A DNA stretch of 64,000 bases from an uncultured Nitrososphaerales archaeon (GCA_963695855.1 CAVOHZ010000003.1:1-64000), one strand, 5' to 3'. Counted from the stretch's first letter, positions 41,780-52,470 are shown. Numbers and translations: made by a program. Notes: generated by a model not told the origin, from the sequence alone.

Positions 41780-43867
41780 TTGAGAATAAAAAGAGATAAT
41801 ATGAAATCCCATGTTCTGATATTAGTTGCTTCTGTAATATTCTTAGCTGTTATAATAAATTCCAACCAACTTGCTAATGCTCAGAATTCATCTTTCCATA
41901 ATACCTCTAAAAGCGTCGAGCAACGATCAAGTTCTTCTTTAGAATCCATTACTACTACTACCACTGCTGGTTACAATTTTGAACCATTTCTGTTATTGAA
42001 CGGCACACAGTACCAGGATATTCCTCATAATAATACACTTTCTCTTCAAAATTTCACTGTTGCATCATGGATAAAAAATAATCAATCTACTTTACCAGGA
42101 CCTGCTATTTTAGTGAATAAAGGAGGATTTAACAGTGACGAAGAGGGTAAAAATATGAATTATGGGTTTTGGTTCTCAAGCAAGGGAATAATTCAAGGAG
42201 GATTTGAAACCAAATCTGGCGAGTATTTTGCAGTAAATTCTACAGAGAAATATAATGATGGAAAATGGCATTTTGTACTGTTAGCATATGATGGCAATTT
42301 ATTGAAACTAGATATAGATGGAAAAGAGGTGTCTACAAAAATAACTGGGGGAGCATTACCAGATAATACCGGTACCCAACCTTTAAGGATAGGAGCAAAT
42401 TCATTGGAAGAAGATAAATTTTTCAATGGTGCTTTGGATGAAATAAGGATATGGAATAAGAGTCTAAATGCATCTGAAATATCAAATGCATCCAATAATA
42501 ATATTTCTACTTCAATTAATCCTATTGTTTATTTAGATTTTAAAGAAAATGGTGATAATAACATTGTTCCGAATTTAGTTAATAATAGCAAGTTACAAAC
42601 AAAGAAAAGCGTCAATACGCTTCTCGAAAAAGAACAAAAAAAGTCTAATACAAATGAAAAAATAGATGTGCAAGCTTGGAACGAGCTTGTCCAACAAAAA
42701 TCAGGAAATACTCAGCAGAATAAAGCTGCATCTCTGTCCACTGACAAGACGAATTTCAATATAGCAGTTGCTGGTGATTTTGGTTGTTCTACAAGAGCTC
42801 AGGAAAATATAAAAAATATAGAACTTCAAGAACCTGAATTGTTTTTAGCTGTGGGAGATTTAGCATATAAACCAACTGCTGATTGCTGGTTTACTATGAC
42901 GAAAAATATAGATTCTAAAACTAAAATAGCAATTGGAAATCATGAAGATAAAGAAGAATTAGACGGATCTGATCTATTGATACAACAATATCTAGATCAC
43001 TATCAACTTCCCAATTCGTACTATTCTTTTAATCTCAAAAATCTTCACGTTCTTGTTTTAAATACCCAATTAGAATTTTCTGTGGATACTGTAGCGTCCT
43101 ATGCTACGTCTACACCAAATACAGATAATAATGATAAATCAGATTCTAAAGTTAAAGATCAATCTAATCTAGGGATTCCTGATACAAAATTAGAAGATTT
43201 ATTGAAAAAATACTCTCTCAAAATAAAAGTACCAAAACTTGACAAATTATTAGATAAAACGGCGCTAGTTCCAGATCTAGAAGTAGATCCCAAACAATAC
43301 GAGTTTGCTGCTGATGATTTGAAGAAAGCAAGCACTGATCAATCGATAGATTGGATATTTGTAATCTTTCATAAACCGATATACTCCTCACCCTCAAAAC
43401 AACTTGAAGAATACATAATTAGAGAAAAATATCAACCACTATTTGATCAGTATAATGTTGATCTAGTACTTCAAGGACACAATCATATCTATGATAGAAC
43501 TTTACCGATAAAATTTAACTCGCTTAATATAACCAATCCAATTGTAGATAAAGGAAATGACAATAGCCATTTCACTAATCCAGATGGCACCATATATACA
43601 GTGGTAGGAACAGGTGGAAAAGGACCAGTTCGTATCTCTGGTACTCCATTTTACACAGTTAGTCAAGATAGACCTATAGCAGGATTTTTGAATATAAATA
43701 TAGATGGAAAAGATTTGGAAGCGACATTTTATGATATTGGCTTAAAATGTAAAGAAATTAAATCAAAGAAAACTGGCCAACCTGTATTAGACATTGAATC
43801 ATGCCAACCAAGAGATGAATCCACACAACTAAAAATTGTAGATACATACAAAATATCAAAAAGATAG
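41780..43867 (+). CDS. Secreted LamG-like + metallophosphoesterase fusion
   Basis: LamG-like domain nearly identical to that in 20820-22598; GDFG, GDLAY, GNHE, IFH and GHNH motifs; ~70-aa insertion in the catalytic domain. Confidence 0.9.
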   Translation: MRIKRDNMKSHVLILVASVIFLAVIINSNQLANAQNSSFHNTSKSVEQRSSSSLESITTTTTAGYNFEPFLLLNGTQYQDIPHNNTLSLQNFTVASWIKNNQSTLPGPAILVNKGGFNSDEEGKNMNYGFWFSSKGIIQGGFETKSGEYFAVNSTEKYNDGKWHFVLLAYDGNLLKLDIDGKEVSTKITGGALPDNTGTQPLRIGANSLEEDKFFNGALDEIRIWNKSLNASEISNASNNNISTSINPIVYLDFKENGDNNIVPNLVNNSKLQTKKSVNTLLEKEQKKSNTNEKIDVQAWNELVQQKSGNTQQNKAASLSTDKTNFNIAVAGDFGCSTRAQENIKNIELQEPELFLAVGDLAYKPTADCWFTMTKNIDSKTKIAIGNHEDKEELDGSDLLIQQYLDHYQLPNSYYSFNLKNLHVLVLNTQLEFSVDTVASYATSTPNTDNNDKSDSKVKDQSNLGIPDTKLEDLLKKYSLKIKVPKLDKLLDKTALVPDLEVDPKQYEFAADDLKKASTDQSIDWIFVIFHKPIYSSPSKQLEEYIIREKYQPLFDQYNVDLVLQGHNHIYDRTLPIKFNSLNITNPIVDKGNDNSHFTNPDGTIYTVVGTGGKGPVRISGTPFYTVSQDRPIAGFLNINIDGKDLEATFYDIGLKCKEIKSKKTGQPVLDIESCQPRDESTQLKIVDTYKISKR

Positions 43868-43870
43868 TAA

Positions 43871-44815
43871 ATGAGTGTCATTCATGTATTGAAATCTAAT
43901 TATATTATGACTTGTTTTATTCTTTTATGTTCTTTATTTTTCTCAACTGATTATTTTGTTAAGATTTCTTATTCATCTACAAATTCGACCGATTTTAATT
44001 TTGCATTGGTTGGTGATTGGGGTTGCACTCCAAATACAATAAAAACGGTAGACTCTATCCAAAAACACAATCCAGAGATAGTCTTTAGTCTGGGTGATAC
44101 ATCTTACCAACTTGACAGTGACTGTTGGTTAGACATAGTTAAACCAATATCTGACAAAATGAAGTCAGTAATTGGTAATCATGATACAATGACACCATAT
44201 ATGTTGAACCAATTAATGAATTATTTTGGATTATCCAAACAATATTATTCATTCGATTACGATAGTATTCATTTTCTGATCATGTCCTCTGAATTTTTAT
44301 ATCTTTCTGGTTCTGGACAGTATAGTTTTGTTGAAAATGATTTATCTAAAGCCTCCAAAAACCCAGATATAAAATGGATTATTGTGTTGATACATAGACA
44401 ACAATATTCTTCACTTTGTGGACTTCATGACTCTTGTGACCCGATAAAAAAATTGAGGGATACCTACCATCCCCTGTTTGAAAAATATGGGGTTGACTTA
44501 CTGTTTAGCGGCCATGCGCATAATTACCAAAGAACCTATCCGCTATCATATAATAGCATAAATTCATCACAACCAATTATCAACGATAACGGCAAAACTG
44601 AATACATATCCCCTAAAGGAATGTTTCAGATAGTTGTAGGGACTGGAGGGATCGATTTTGATCCTTTTACCAATCAAGAACCTTATGTTGCATACCAGCA
44701 AGATTCTAGCTATGGATTTTTAAACGTGGATGTAGCCGATCATGCAAATATGTTTATAGGTAGATATTATTCCAATAATGGCACTATATTAGATGAATTT
44801 AAAATCACTAAATAA
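43871..44815 (+). CDS. Secreted metallophosphoesterase (purple acid phosphatase-like)
   Basis: GDWG, GDTSY, GNHD, LIH and GHAH motifs; close paralog of 37753-38871; starts 3 bp after the previous gene. Confidence 0.9.
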   Translation: MSVIHVLKSNYIMTCFILLCSLFFSTDYFVKISYSSTNSTDFNFALVGDWGCTPNTIKTVDSIQKHNPEIVFSLGDTSYQLDSDCWLDIVKPISDKMKSVIGNHDTMTPYMLNQLMNYFGLSKQYYSFDYDSIHFLIMSSEFLYLSGSGQYSFVENDLSKASKNPDIKWIIVLIHRQQYSSLCGLHDSCDPIKKLRDTYHPLFEKYGVDLLFSGHAHNYQRTYPLSYNSINSSQPIINDNGKTEYISPKGMFQIVVGTGGIDFDPFTNQEPYVAYQQDSSYGFLNVDVADHANMFIGRYYSNNGTILDEFKITK

Positions 44816-45075
44816 AAAATCTACTCTTGTAGAAAATCTGGTTTTATCACATATGCATACCTATTAGTTAGAATTTTCGTAGTATGATATCTATCTGTGT
44901 TTTAAAAGGATAAAAATTAAAAGATTTATTTTTTTATAATAGTTCCTTCATATAGAATAGTCTATAAAGTAAGCCAAAATAAAATTTACATAATATTTTG
45001 TGAGAATCTCTTTTTATGTTTATAAACTAACGATTGAAAAGCAGTATTTAATCTTAGAATTTATTTAAAAAAAAT

Positions 45076-45597
45076 TTAGTTGTTGTAAGATTTTTCAATT
45101 TTTCTTACATAGTTAAAATAATTCTGTATTGAATCATTGTAGAACCTTCGAGTTACTTCAATGGATCTGTTAATAATTTCAACATTTCCTATTACAATAT
45201 CATTGATTATCTTGGTAGAGGATGTAATGCTATCGGATATGTTTTTGTTAAATTTGTTATATACGTCGCCATATCTTTCTGGAATCATAAAGTTGTTCCA
45301 GTAGGTTTTGTATAAATTATTTAATACCTGAGAATATCCGGATTGATATATATTTAGTATGTTTTTTTGTAATTCAATACAGCTATTTGAAATATCTTTA
45401 GATGTTTTAATAAATCGTTCTTGAAATTGATTTACACTATCAACATTATCTTGAAATATCTTTTTAGTTCCTTCCTGATATTCTATTAATTCTGTGTTTA
45501 TCTTATTAGCAGTTTCTTTAACGGTGGATGTAACTTCTTCTACTTGTTTTTTTTGCTGGTCTGCATTTTTTTCTATTTCTTCTTTCTTACTTGACAT
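45076..45597 (-). CDS. Amphipathic helical protein (possibly phasin-like), paralog 1
   Basis: ELQKNI...YW.NF.IPERY...Y..Y.RKIE.SYN motifs shared with 63141-63695. Confidence 0.7.
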   Translation of the reverse strand: MSSKKEEIEKNADQQKKQVEEVTSTVKETANKINTELIEYQEGTKKIFQDNVDSVNQFQERFIKTSKDISNSCIELQKNILNIYQSGYSQVLNNLYKTYWNNFMIPERYGDVYNKFNKNISDSITSSTKIINDIVIGNVEIINRSIEVTRRFYNDSIQNYFNYVRKIEKSYNN

Positions 45598-46490
45598 GGG
45601 TTTAAGATCAGGCTAACCATCACATAAAAACTTTATGTAAATTCTGGTACAATAGAAATATAAAAAATATTCAATTTGTAAAATAAAATTCAAATTTCTT
45701 AACAAATCCGCGAAATATTTTATTTATTTTTCAATCCCATTTATAAATCGGTACCTTTTATATTTTACCATCAAAAATAACCCTTCATCATCCAATCTCA
45801 ATTTAAGTATTCTCTACCTAGGTTTTTTGAATTTTCCTTTTCTTCGTTTGTCCATTTTTAAGTTGCATCATTTTACTTAGAAATTGCACAAATTCAAAAA
45901 AATATTAGAGTGTATTAGACTATGATAATCTCATTTTATTGTTGTTTTCATTTAAATTTATATACCAATTTACACTTGCATGAATCCCAAATCTTGCATG
46001 ATTTCCATATGTCTTTAGACAGAAATATCTTGACCAAAGAGTTAATTGATATGTCATCTGTCTGGCTATATTCTTAAAAATACTTGCCATCTTGATAAGT
46101 ATTTTTTAACAAACAAGTATTTCTTATTCTATTTTGTTATTGCCTCAGTATTTTATATATTGTACAGCATGTTTTTCGGCATGACAGGTATCAGAGCAAT
46201 AATAATCATCACACATGTAACAGAAAACTGGATAATCTTGAGTCTTTTTTCCACAATTTGCACAGGTTACTGACATATCCATAATTACTAATATGTCATA
46301 ATGATATGTAAATATTACTCTGGATGAAAAAAATAATCGTGTTAACCGACCAACAATCTAGATCTCATTAAAGAGAATTTTGGGCATTTAACCTAAAAGA
46401 TAATGATATACAATAATCAAAGTCTTCCTGAATTTCCATAATCATATCGGTGTTTAAACGACTCGGTTAAATGTTCGTTAAACATTTATT

Positions 46491-47006
46491 TTATTTTATC
46501 TTCGACCTTTTGATTTTTTCCTGCAATAACATGCAACCTTGAATCAGTGTTTCAGGTCTTGGAGGACAACCTGGTACATAGACATCAACGGGTATAACGC
46601 CATCAATCCCTGGAAGAACGTTGTACGAATCAATATACAGGCCACCTGTTATAGAACATGCGCCCATTGCAATGACATATTTTGGTTCTGCCATCTGGTC
46701 GTAAACCATCCTTAGCCTTGGAGCCATCTTTCTTGTAACCGTACCTTGAACAACAATAAGATCACACTGTCTTAATGAACCAAATGCTTCAATAATACCA
46801 AATCTTTCACAGTCATAACGCGGACTGGAAGTAGCTCCAAATTCAACACTACAACATGCAGTTTCAAGATGAACTGGCCATAGGGACCAAATTCTTCCCC
46901 AGTTTATTGCATACCCTAATGGTTGATCAAGAGCGTTGACTAGTACATCACTAACCTTGCTTACTAGAAGGTTAAAATTTGAAGGATTTATTAATTCTTT
47001 TAACAT
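46491..47006 (-). CDS. nuoB: NADH-quinone oxidoreductase subunit B
   Basis: SLWP....ACC.VE, RQCDL....GT...KMAP, AMGAC...GG and VDVYVPGCPPRPE motifs. Confidence 0.95.
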   Translation of the reverse strand: MLKELINPSNFNLLVSKVSDVLVNALDQPLGYAINWGRIWSLWPVHLETACCSVEFGATSSPRYDCERFGIIEAFGSLRQCDLIVVQGTVTRKMAPRLRMVYDQMAEPKYVIAMGACSITGGLYIDSYNVLPGIDGVIPVDVYVPGCPPRPETLIQGCMLLQEKIKRSKIK

Positions 47007-47403
47007 CTGTACTTGGTCAACCCTAAATATAATATATCATCAAGATAATTTATTCATTTGCAAAGCTATTTCAGTTTTTGATTCCAAGAATAAGACAGAT
47101 GAACATATTATCAATATTGAAACTCATATATTTTGCCTATATTTAGATCTTTTAAACATAAAAGATTAATAATAAAATCAACTCACTTGTTTTTAATTAA
47201 TGTTTGTTTACTTTCTTGATCAAATAGTTACATAAAATTATTACAATTTATTGATTTAATTGCAAGAACATATTATCATTTCATATGATAAAGGTCTATT
47301 TTTATTAACATAATTCCATTATATGGATTTCATCAATCACTAGTATTTTTAGGTAATTAGCTTAAAAAATAATAAATATCATAGATGGCTTTAACTTTAT
47401 GCA

Positions 47404-48285
47404 TTGGAATTAAATTATGATTACCCTCTTTATCGACCTCCTTCTGAAGCCAATTCTATGATCTTTCAAGTAACTTTGGGCTGTTCATTCAATAAGTGCT
47501 CATTTTGTAATATGTATAGAACAAAAGATTATTCTGAGAGACCATGGGAAGAGATAAAGATGGAAATAGATATTTCCTCAAAATACTATCCGGAAACTAC
47601 TAGAATTTTTCTTGCTGATGGTGATGCTCTCAATTTATCTGTGGAGAGATTAACACAGATACTAGATTATTTGTATCAGAAATTTCCATCGCTAGAAAGA
47701 GTTTCTTCATACGCTATGCCGAAAAATTTGCTACAAAAATCGGATAACGAATTACAATTGCTAAAAAAAGCAGGTCTAAACATGTTCTATGTTGGTATTG
47801 AAAGTGGGAATGATATTGTATTAAAAAAAGTTACCAAAGGGGCGACCTATAAAAACATTGTTCAAAGTTGCAATAAGGCTAGAGATAACGACTTCATTTT
47901 GTCTTGTATGGTTATACTTGGCTTGGGTGGTACAACCTACACAAAAGATCATATTGAAGATACCGCAAAGATTATTGGAGAAATTTCACCAGATTACGTT
48001 GGTGCACTAAATCTTCACCTAGAAGAGGGAGTATATGAGGAATTCATGGCTAAATATAATGAACCATTTACTTTCCTGGATGATATCCAAGTATTGGACG
48101 AATTGGACAGACTTATTTCAAATATAAATCCTTTCAGACCAATAATTTTCAGGGCAAATCATGCGTCAAATGTATATTCAATTAAAGGGACTCTTCCTAA
48201 TGACAAAGAGCACATTTTAAATTTAATTAGAAATTTGAAAAATCACCCTGAAATGTTAAAGCCCAAAATATTGAGACGGTTTTAA
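47404..48285 (+). CDS. Radical SAM protein
   Basis: YRPPSEA..MIFQVTLGCSFNKCSFC (CxxxCxxC), FLADGDAL, GIESG and FRANHASN motifs. Confidence 0.9.
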   Translation: MELNYDYPLYRPPSEANSMIFQVTLGCSFNKCSFCNMYRTKDYSERPWEEIKMEIDISSKYYPETTRIFLADGDALNLSVERLTQILDYLYQKFPSLERVSSYAMPKNLLQKSDNELQLLKKAGLNMFYVGIESGNDIVLKKVTKGATYKNIVQSCNKARDNDFILSCMVILGLGGTTYTKDHIEDTAKIIGEISPDYVGALNLHLEEGVYEEFMAKYNEPFTFLDDIQVLDELDRLISNINPFRPIIFRANHASNVYSIKGTLPNDKEHILNLIRNLKNHPEMLKPKILRRF

Positions 48286-49240
48286 AAAATTAAGATAAAT
48301 ATAATATAGAAATAAGAGAATAGGATCAATTCTAATTCTAATTAAATGAGGCTGGATCATAATGTAACTAATAGATATTTGTAGTGGTATAAGTAGTAGT
48401 CTGATATTGAGAATCCCAACCATTCATTTGTTTGTGCGAGAAGTGTTTTCTCTATTTAATGCTGTCATAATGACCAAAGGGACGATAGAAAGGAAACCTG
48501 AAGGCTAATAATCCCGCGTCATATTTTATACGTCAATGTCTTTTATGCAACTAGTTTTCTCCAAGAAAATCAGAAAAAAAGGGTTTCATTATCATTATAG
48601 CGTTATTTTTGTTGTTTATATCTACCTTCTTTTGTTGTTATGTCCAATAAAATAGGTTTTGCTTATATCCATTAGATAGGTTATATCAGTAATTTTAATA
48701 AAATATCAATTATCAATCAAAAGTCAAGTAAAAAATAGTGCTGACCTATCACATTTTCATTTGAAATGTGATATATGGGGGATTTGTGTGTTATTTACTC
48801 TATATTTTTATCCGAAGTTGCAATAAGAGGATTAAATCCACCATTTCAGGTCCTTCCTAAAATTAAAAAAGAAGTCATATCGTAAAATATTGGTATTTCT
48901 ATGGTTTAATTGTATGTTATTCTGAAAATTTTACTTCTTGCCTTGTTTATTCGAATCTCTCATTTATCTCTAGTTTTTTATAGATATTTGTATAAAAAAA
49001 GGCAAAACCGAAAACAAATAACAACATATTGTTAGATAATAAAAAAATAAGATTTAGCCATTCGTGATTTTATGTAATACAACAGTAATTCTAAATTTTG
49101 AAAAATACAGTATCTTAAATCATTCTAGCATGCATATCACATTTTTGAGATAAGAAGGGGTAAGGCAAGTGTATCTTCGAAGTCATTTTTGATTGTTAGA
49201 CTGACAGGGAATTTATTAAAATTACTGATATAACCTATCT

Positions 49241-49280
49241 AATGGATATAAGCAAAACCTAATGGATATAAGCAAAACCT
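49241..49280. repeat. 20-bp tandem duplication AATGGATATAAGCAAAACCT x2
   Basis: Directly visible in intergenic DNA. Confidence 0.9.
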
Positions 49281-49474
49281 ATTTTATTGGACATAACAAC
49301 AAAAGAAGGTAGATATAAACAACAAAATACTATTGCTATGATATTAGCATCGGTATTGCTCTACCAGTTACTTTATACTATAACCAAATAAAAAATAACC
49401 AACGACAAAAATAACATACTATTATTGCTGAAAGTACAACAATATCTGTTAATTAAGGTATGATGCAGCGTCTC

Positions 49475-50758
49475 TTATTTATTGCTTGGTCGAAATCTCA
49501 AAATAGCGCCTATCTTGCCAAGGCTTGCTAGCTGTGTGCCTTCTTCAGTTTTCCCTGACAATACTTCAAGCTTGGACCCTGTCATAATTGATAATTCTTC
49601 TAAAAATTCAATAAGGTCCTGTTCATTTGCCTCAAGCTCATTGCTGCTACCTGCACAAGACGGACATGAGTTAGATAAAAGTTCTTGTTTAACAGATATC
49701 AAATCACTCCTGTCAATAAATTTTTCCTGAGTGTGCGAACATTTATTGCATTTAACCTCTAGTCTTAAAAAAGTAATATCATCAGTAACAATAACAAGAT
49801 CTGCGATTCCATTTCGAAGAGATTCAATTACATCAAAGATTCCGTAAATTCCGAGGCCTTTTCCTGAATGTACCTCACTCATAAAGTTCTTTATTATCTT
49901 CTTTTCTTCCATCAAACGATATTCCATCATTATACCTTGTTCATTGACCTTATCTATTAGTTCTCTAACACCTTCTCCTCCTGAATAAGAGGAATCCAGA
50001 ACAGCTATCACATTATTTTGTAACCTGTAATCGAGATACTCCTCCTTTAAAAAATTTTCCTTTGTAGGACCAGGCCCTCCTACGATTATCCCTTTGACAG
50101 GATATTCATCGATAAAAATCTTTTGAGAATAATCTGCAACTCTTTTATAATATTCATTTAACTCATTATCCCGTAGCCTTTCAAATCTTCTGGCAGATTG
50201 ACCACCTTGACGATGTTTTCCAGCCACACCAGAAGTCAGAGATTCGACTACTTCCCATCTATCCCCCGTCAATATTCCTAATCCTGCCTCCTGTGTATCC
50301 AGTGAAAGTATTCCAATTACCTTATCATCTTTCATCATGTCTTTTAGATGATCAATCCAAAAATGATCATCACATCTATACAGATTAATTTGGATGGGCT
50401 TTGGAGGAACCACTGAAAATATCTCAATTTTTTCAGTTCCAAAACCTTTTCCAGTGGGAATTGCACCACAAAATATTACAAGGCCGTTCTCTGGGGCTTC
50501 CTTATACAGTTTTAGATATTCGATTGTCCTGCTTAATGCATCCTGTACGTGAGTCCTTGTAAGATCTGATTTAATGTTTGATGCCGTCCCCGCTTCGTTT
50601 TTAAGTTGAGCCATAACATCATAGATTGGTCTTTTTGGAGGAATATAGACAGTCACAAGTTCGGTTCCGTGACCAGTAATATTTCCCAACTTGTTTATCA
50701 TTTTATTTAACTTATAACGTTTAACTGAATCCCAGTTACTTTCTGAAGATGACGACAT
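49475..50758 (-). CDS. prf1: Peptide chain release factor aRF1
   Basis: TASNIKS, YRCD, GKHRQGGQSARRF, GPGPTK and GAILRF motifs; CxxC..CxxC insertion in domain 3. Confidence 0.97.
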   Translation of the reverse strand: MSSSSESNWDSVKRYKLNKMINKLGNITGHGTELVTVYIPPKRPIYDVMAQLKNEAGTASNIKSDLTRTHVQDALSRTIEYLKLYKEAPENGLVIFCGAIPTGKGFGTEKIEIFSVVPPKPIQINLYRCDDHFWIDHLKDMMKDDKVIGILSLDTQEAGLGILTGDRWEVVESLTSGVAGKHRQGGQSARRFERLRDNELNEYYKRVADYSQKIFIDEYPVKGIIVGGPGPTKENFLKEEYLDYRLQNNVIAVLDSSYSGGEGVRELIDKVNEQGIMMEYRLMEEKKIIKNFMSEVHSGKGLGIYGIFDVIESLRNGIADLVIVTDDITFLRLEVKCNKCSHTQEKFIDRSDLISVKQELLSNSCPSCAGSSNELEANEQDLIEFLEELSIMTGSKLEVLSGKTEEGTQLASLGKIGAILRFRPSNK

Positions 50759-50901
50759 TTAACAGGATCTCAAATTCATTTATAATGCTATTTTATTGTT
50801 ATTGTAACTAAAATCGCAATTTTACCCTATAAACCTATTAGATACATTGTTACTTTGGTTTATAGATTTTAAATACGAAACCATAGCATTAATAACCAGT
50901 A

Positions 50902-51456
50902 ATGCTTCCAAGATTAGAATACATTAGACAGACTCGCCTCAAATTAGGAATAACCCAAAGAAAATTGGCCTCTTTATCTGGAATAAGTACCTCAATGATA
51001 AACCAAATAGAAACTGGAAGGTGTAAACCAAGTTATGATACTGCCAAAAAGATCTTTGAAATTCTTAGTTCCCTAGAAGGAAATTCATCAAAAAAAGCAG
51101 CAGATCTATGCAGCAGAAAAATCATTTTTGCCCAAAAAAATGACACTCTTTATAACGTAGTTGAAAAAATGAGGGACAATTTTGTAAGTCAAATACCTAT
51201 TTTTGATGGACAGAAAATAGTAGGAATTGTCTCTGAAGACAATCTTGCGAAAAAAATGGTTGAAAATGAAGAAAAAGATCTGAAGAAAATGACGATAGAA
51301 ATGGCGATGGAATCTCCTCCACCACTAATAGATTCTGAAACACCTGCGAAAGCACTTGTTCCATTAATCAGATTTGCAAAATGCATTCTTGTTACTGAAA
51401 GAGGAAATGTAATTGGAATAATTACAACAACAGATATCTTGAAAATGGTAGAATAG
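50902..51456 (+). CDS. XRE-type HTH + CBS domain transcriptional regulator
   Basis: R..LGITQRKLA..SGIS.S.I.QIE.G...PSY followed by a CBS pair (SQIPI, GIITTTDI). Confidence 0.9.
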   Translation: MLPRLEYIRQTRLKLGITQRKLASLSGISTSMINQIETGRCKPSYDTAKKIFEILSSLEGNSSKKAADLCSRKIIFAQKNDTLYNVVEKMRDNFVSQIPIFDGQKIVGIVSEDNLAKKMVENEEKDLKKMTIEMAMESPPPLIDSETPAKALVPLIRFAKCILVTERGNVIGIITTTDILKMVE

Positions 51457-51495
51457 AATCGAAATTCAAGATAAGAACAACATAAACTAAAAAAT

Positions 51496-51615
51496 CTAGA
51501 GTTTTTCCAAACCTATACAACAATCTGCACAACTTATGCACTCCTTACAGAGATTTAGTTCGTTCGAAGAATCAGAAATTGAAACCCCGCATAAGGCGCA
51601 CTGTTTTTTATTCAC
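51496..51615 (-). CDS. 39-aa Cys-rich small protein (putative Zn finger), absent from the ORF track
   Basis: GTG-started ORF MNKKQCALCGVSISDSSNELNLCKECISCADCCIGLEKL*; TATA-like TTTAAATA ~25 bp upstream. Confidence 0.6.
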   Translation of the reverse strand: MNKKQCALCGVSISDSSNELNLCKECISCADCCIGLEKL

Positions 51616-52470
51616 AATAATATAGGTATTTACAACTTATTTAAATCATTCCTTAAAATTAAAGGATATCAAGAATACCATGATAATGCAGAGATTTATT
51701 CGAAAATTTTATCCTGTATTTGAAAAGTTCAAATTTTCTACTCATATTTTGAAAAGGATTTTTTTTAGATTACTTGAATAAAAATATAGATTTTTACATT
51801 TGATTATCGTAAGCATTTTAGCGTAGGTATCTTTTTTGTAATCCTTATGTTTTCTTGATCTATTTTTGCACTTTGCTAAAAAGAATATCAATAATAATTA
51901 TCTATACACATTGTTTAGACACGTAATTGACTAAAACTTTCACAAACAAAATGGTTAAGGTAATTTTACAAATTTCAATTATTAAAACTTATCTAATAAT
52001 ATACCAAATGTTTTAATAACATATTTTTCAATCGGTATAAAGCAGTCCATAATTAACTTAATCAAAAAATGGTAAATATTAAAAAGTTACACAATATTAA
52101 AAAATCCATTAATTTATTATTCCATTTCATCGTGATTAATTTTTGGCGATTCTACTTTTAACTCTTCTTTGATCCTATTTTCCAAAACCAAAACAAAACA
52201 TATTTCCAATGCATCTAGTTAGAATTTGGATATGAAATGCAAAAAGTTAGGAAATCCAAAAGTTCTTGTTCTAAATATGAATCTACTTATTCATTTTGAC
52301 TAATCCAATATAAAAAAAATTATTATAAATTGTAAATAATAGAATAATGATAACATAAAGAAATTAGAAATAATAACAAGGAACAAAAATCATCAGTAAA
52401 AGTAGTATTATCAAATTATTTCAAAACAATATCCATCACAAAATTTAAAAGACCAAAAATTAATTTTATG

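Noticed and set aside
18620-42441. Near-identical repeats as DGR template/variable regions
   Set aside because: No reverse transcriptase in the window; both copies are coding and the few mismatches show no evident adenine-specific pattern
19022-42495. Duplicated antisense ORFs (19022-19264 / 23611-23889 and 21841-22161 / 42193-42495)
   Set aside because: Shadows on the opposite strand of the duplicated GSDH and LamG segments
48300-49470. Long intergenic region as a hidden gene or replication origin
   Set aside because: No recognisable ORF, no ORB-like repeats and no adjacent cdc6; only a 20-bp duplication
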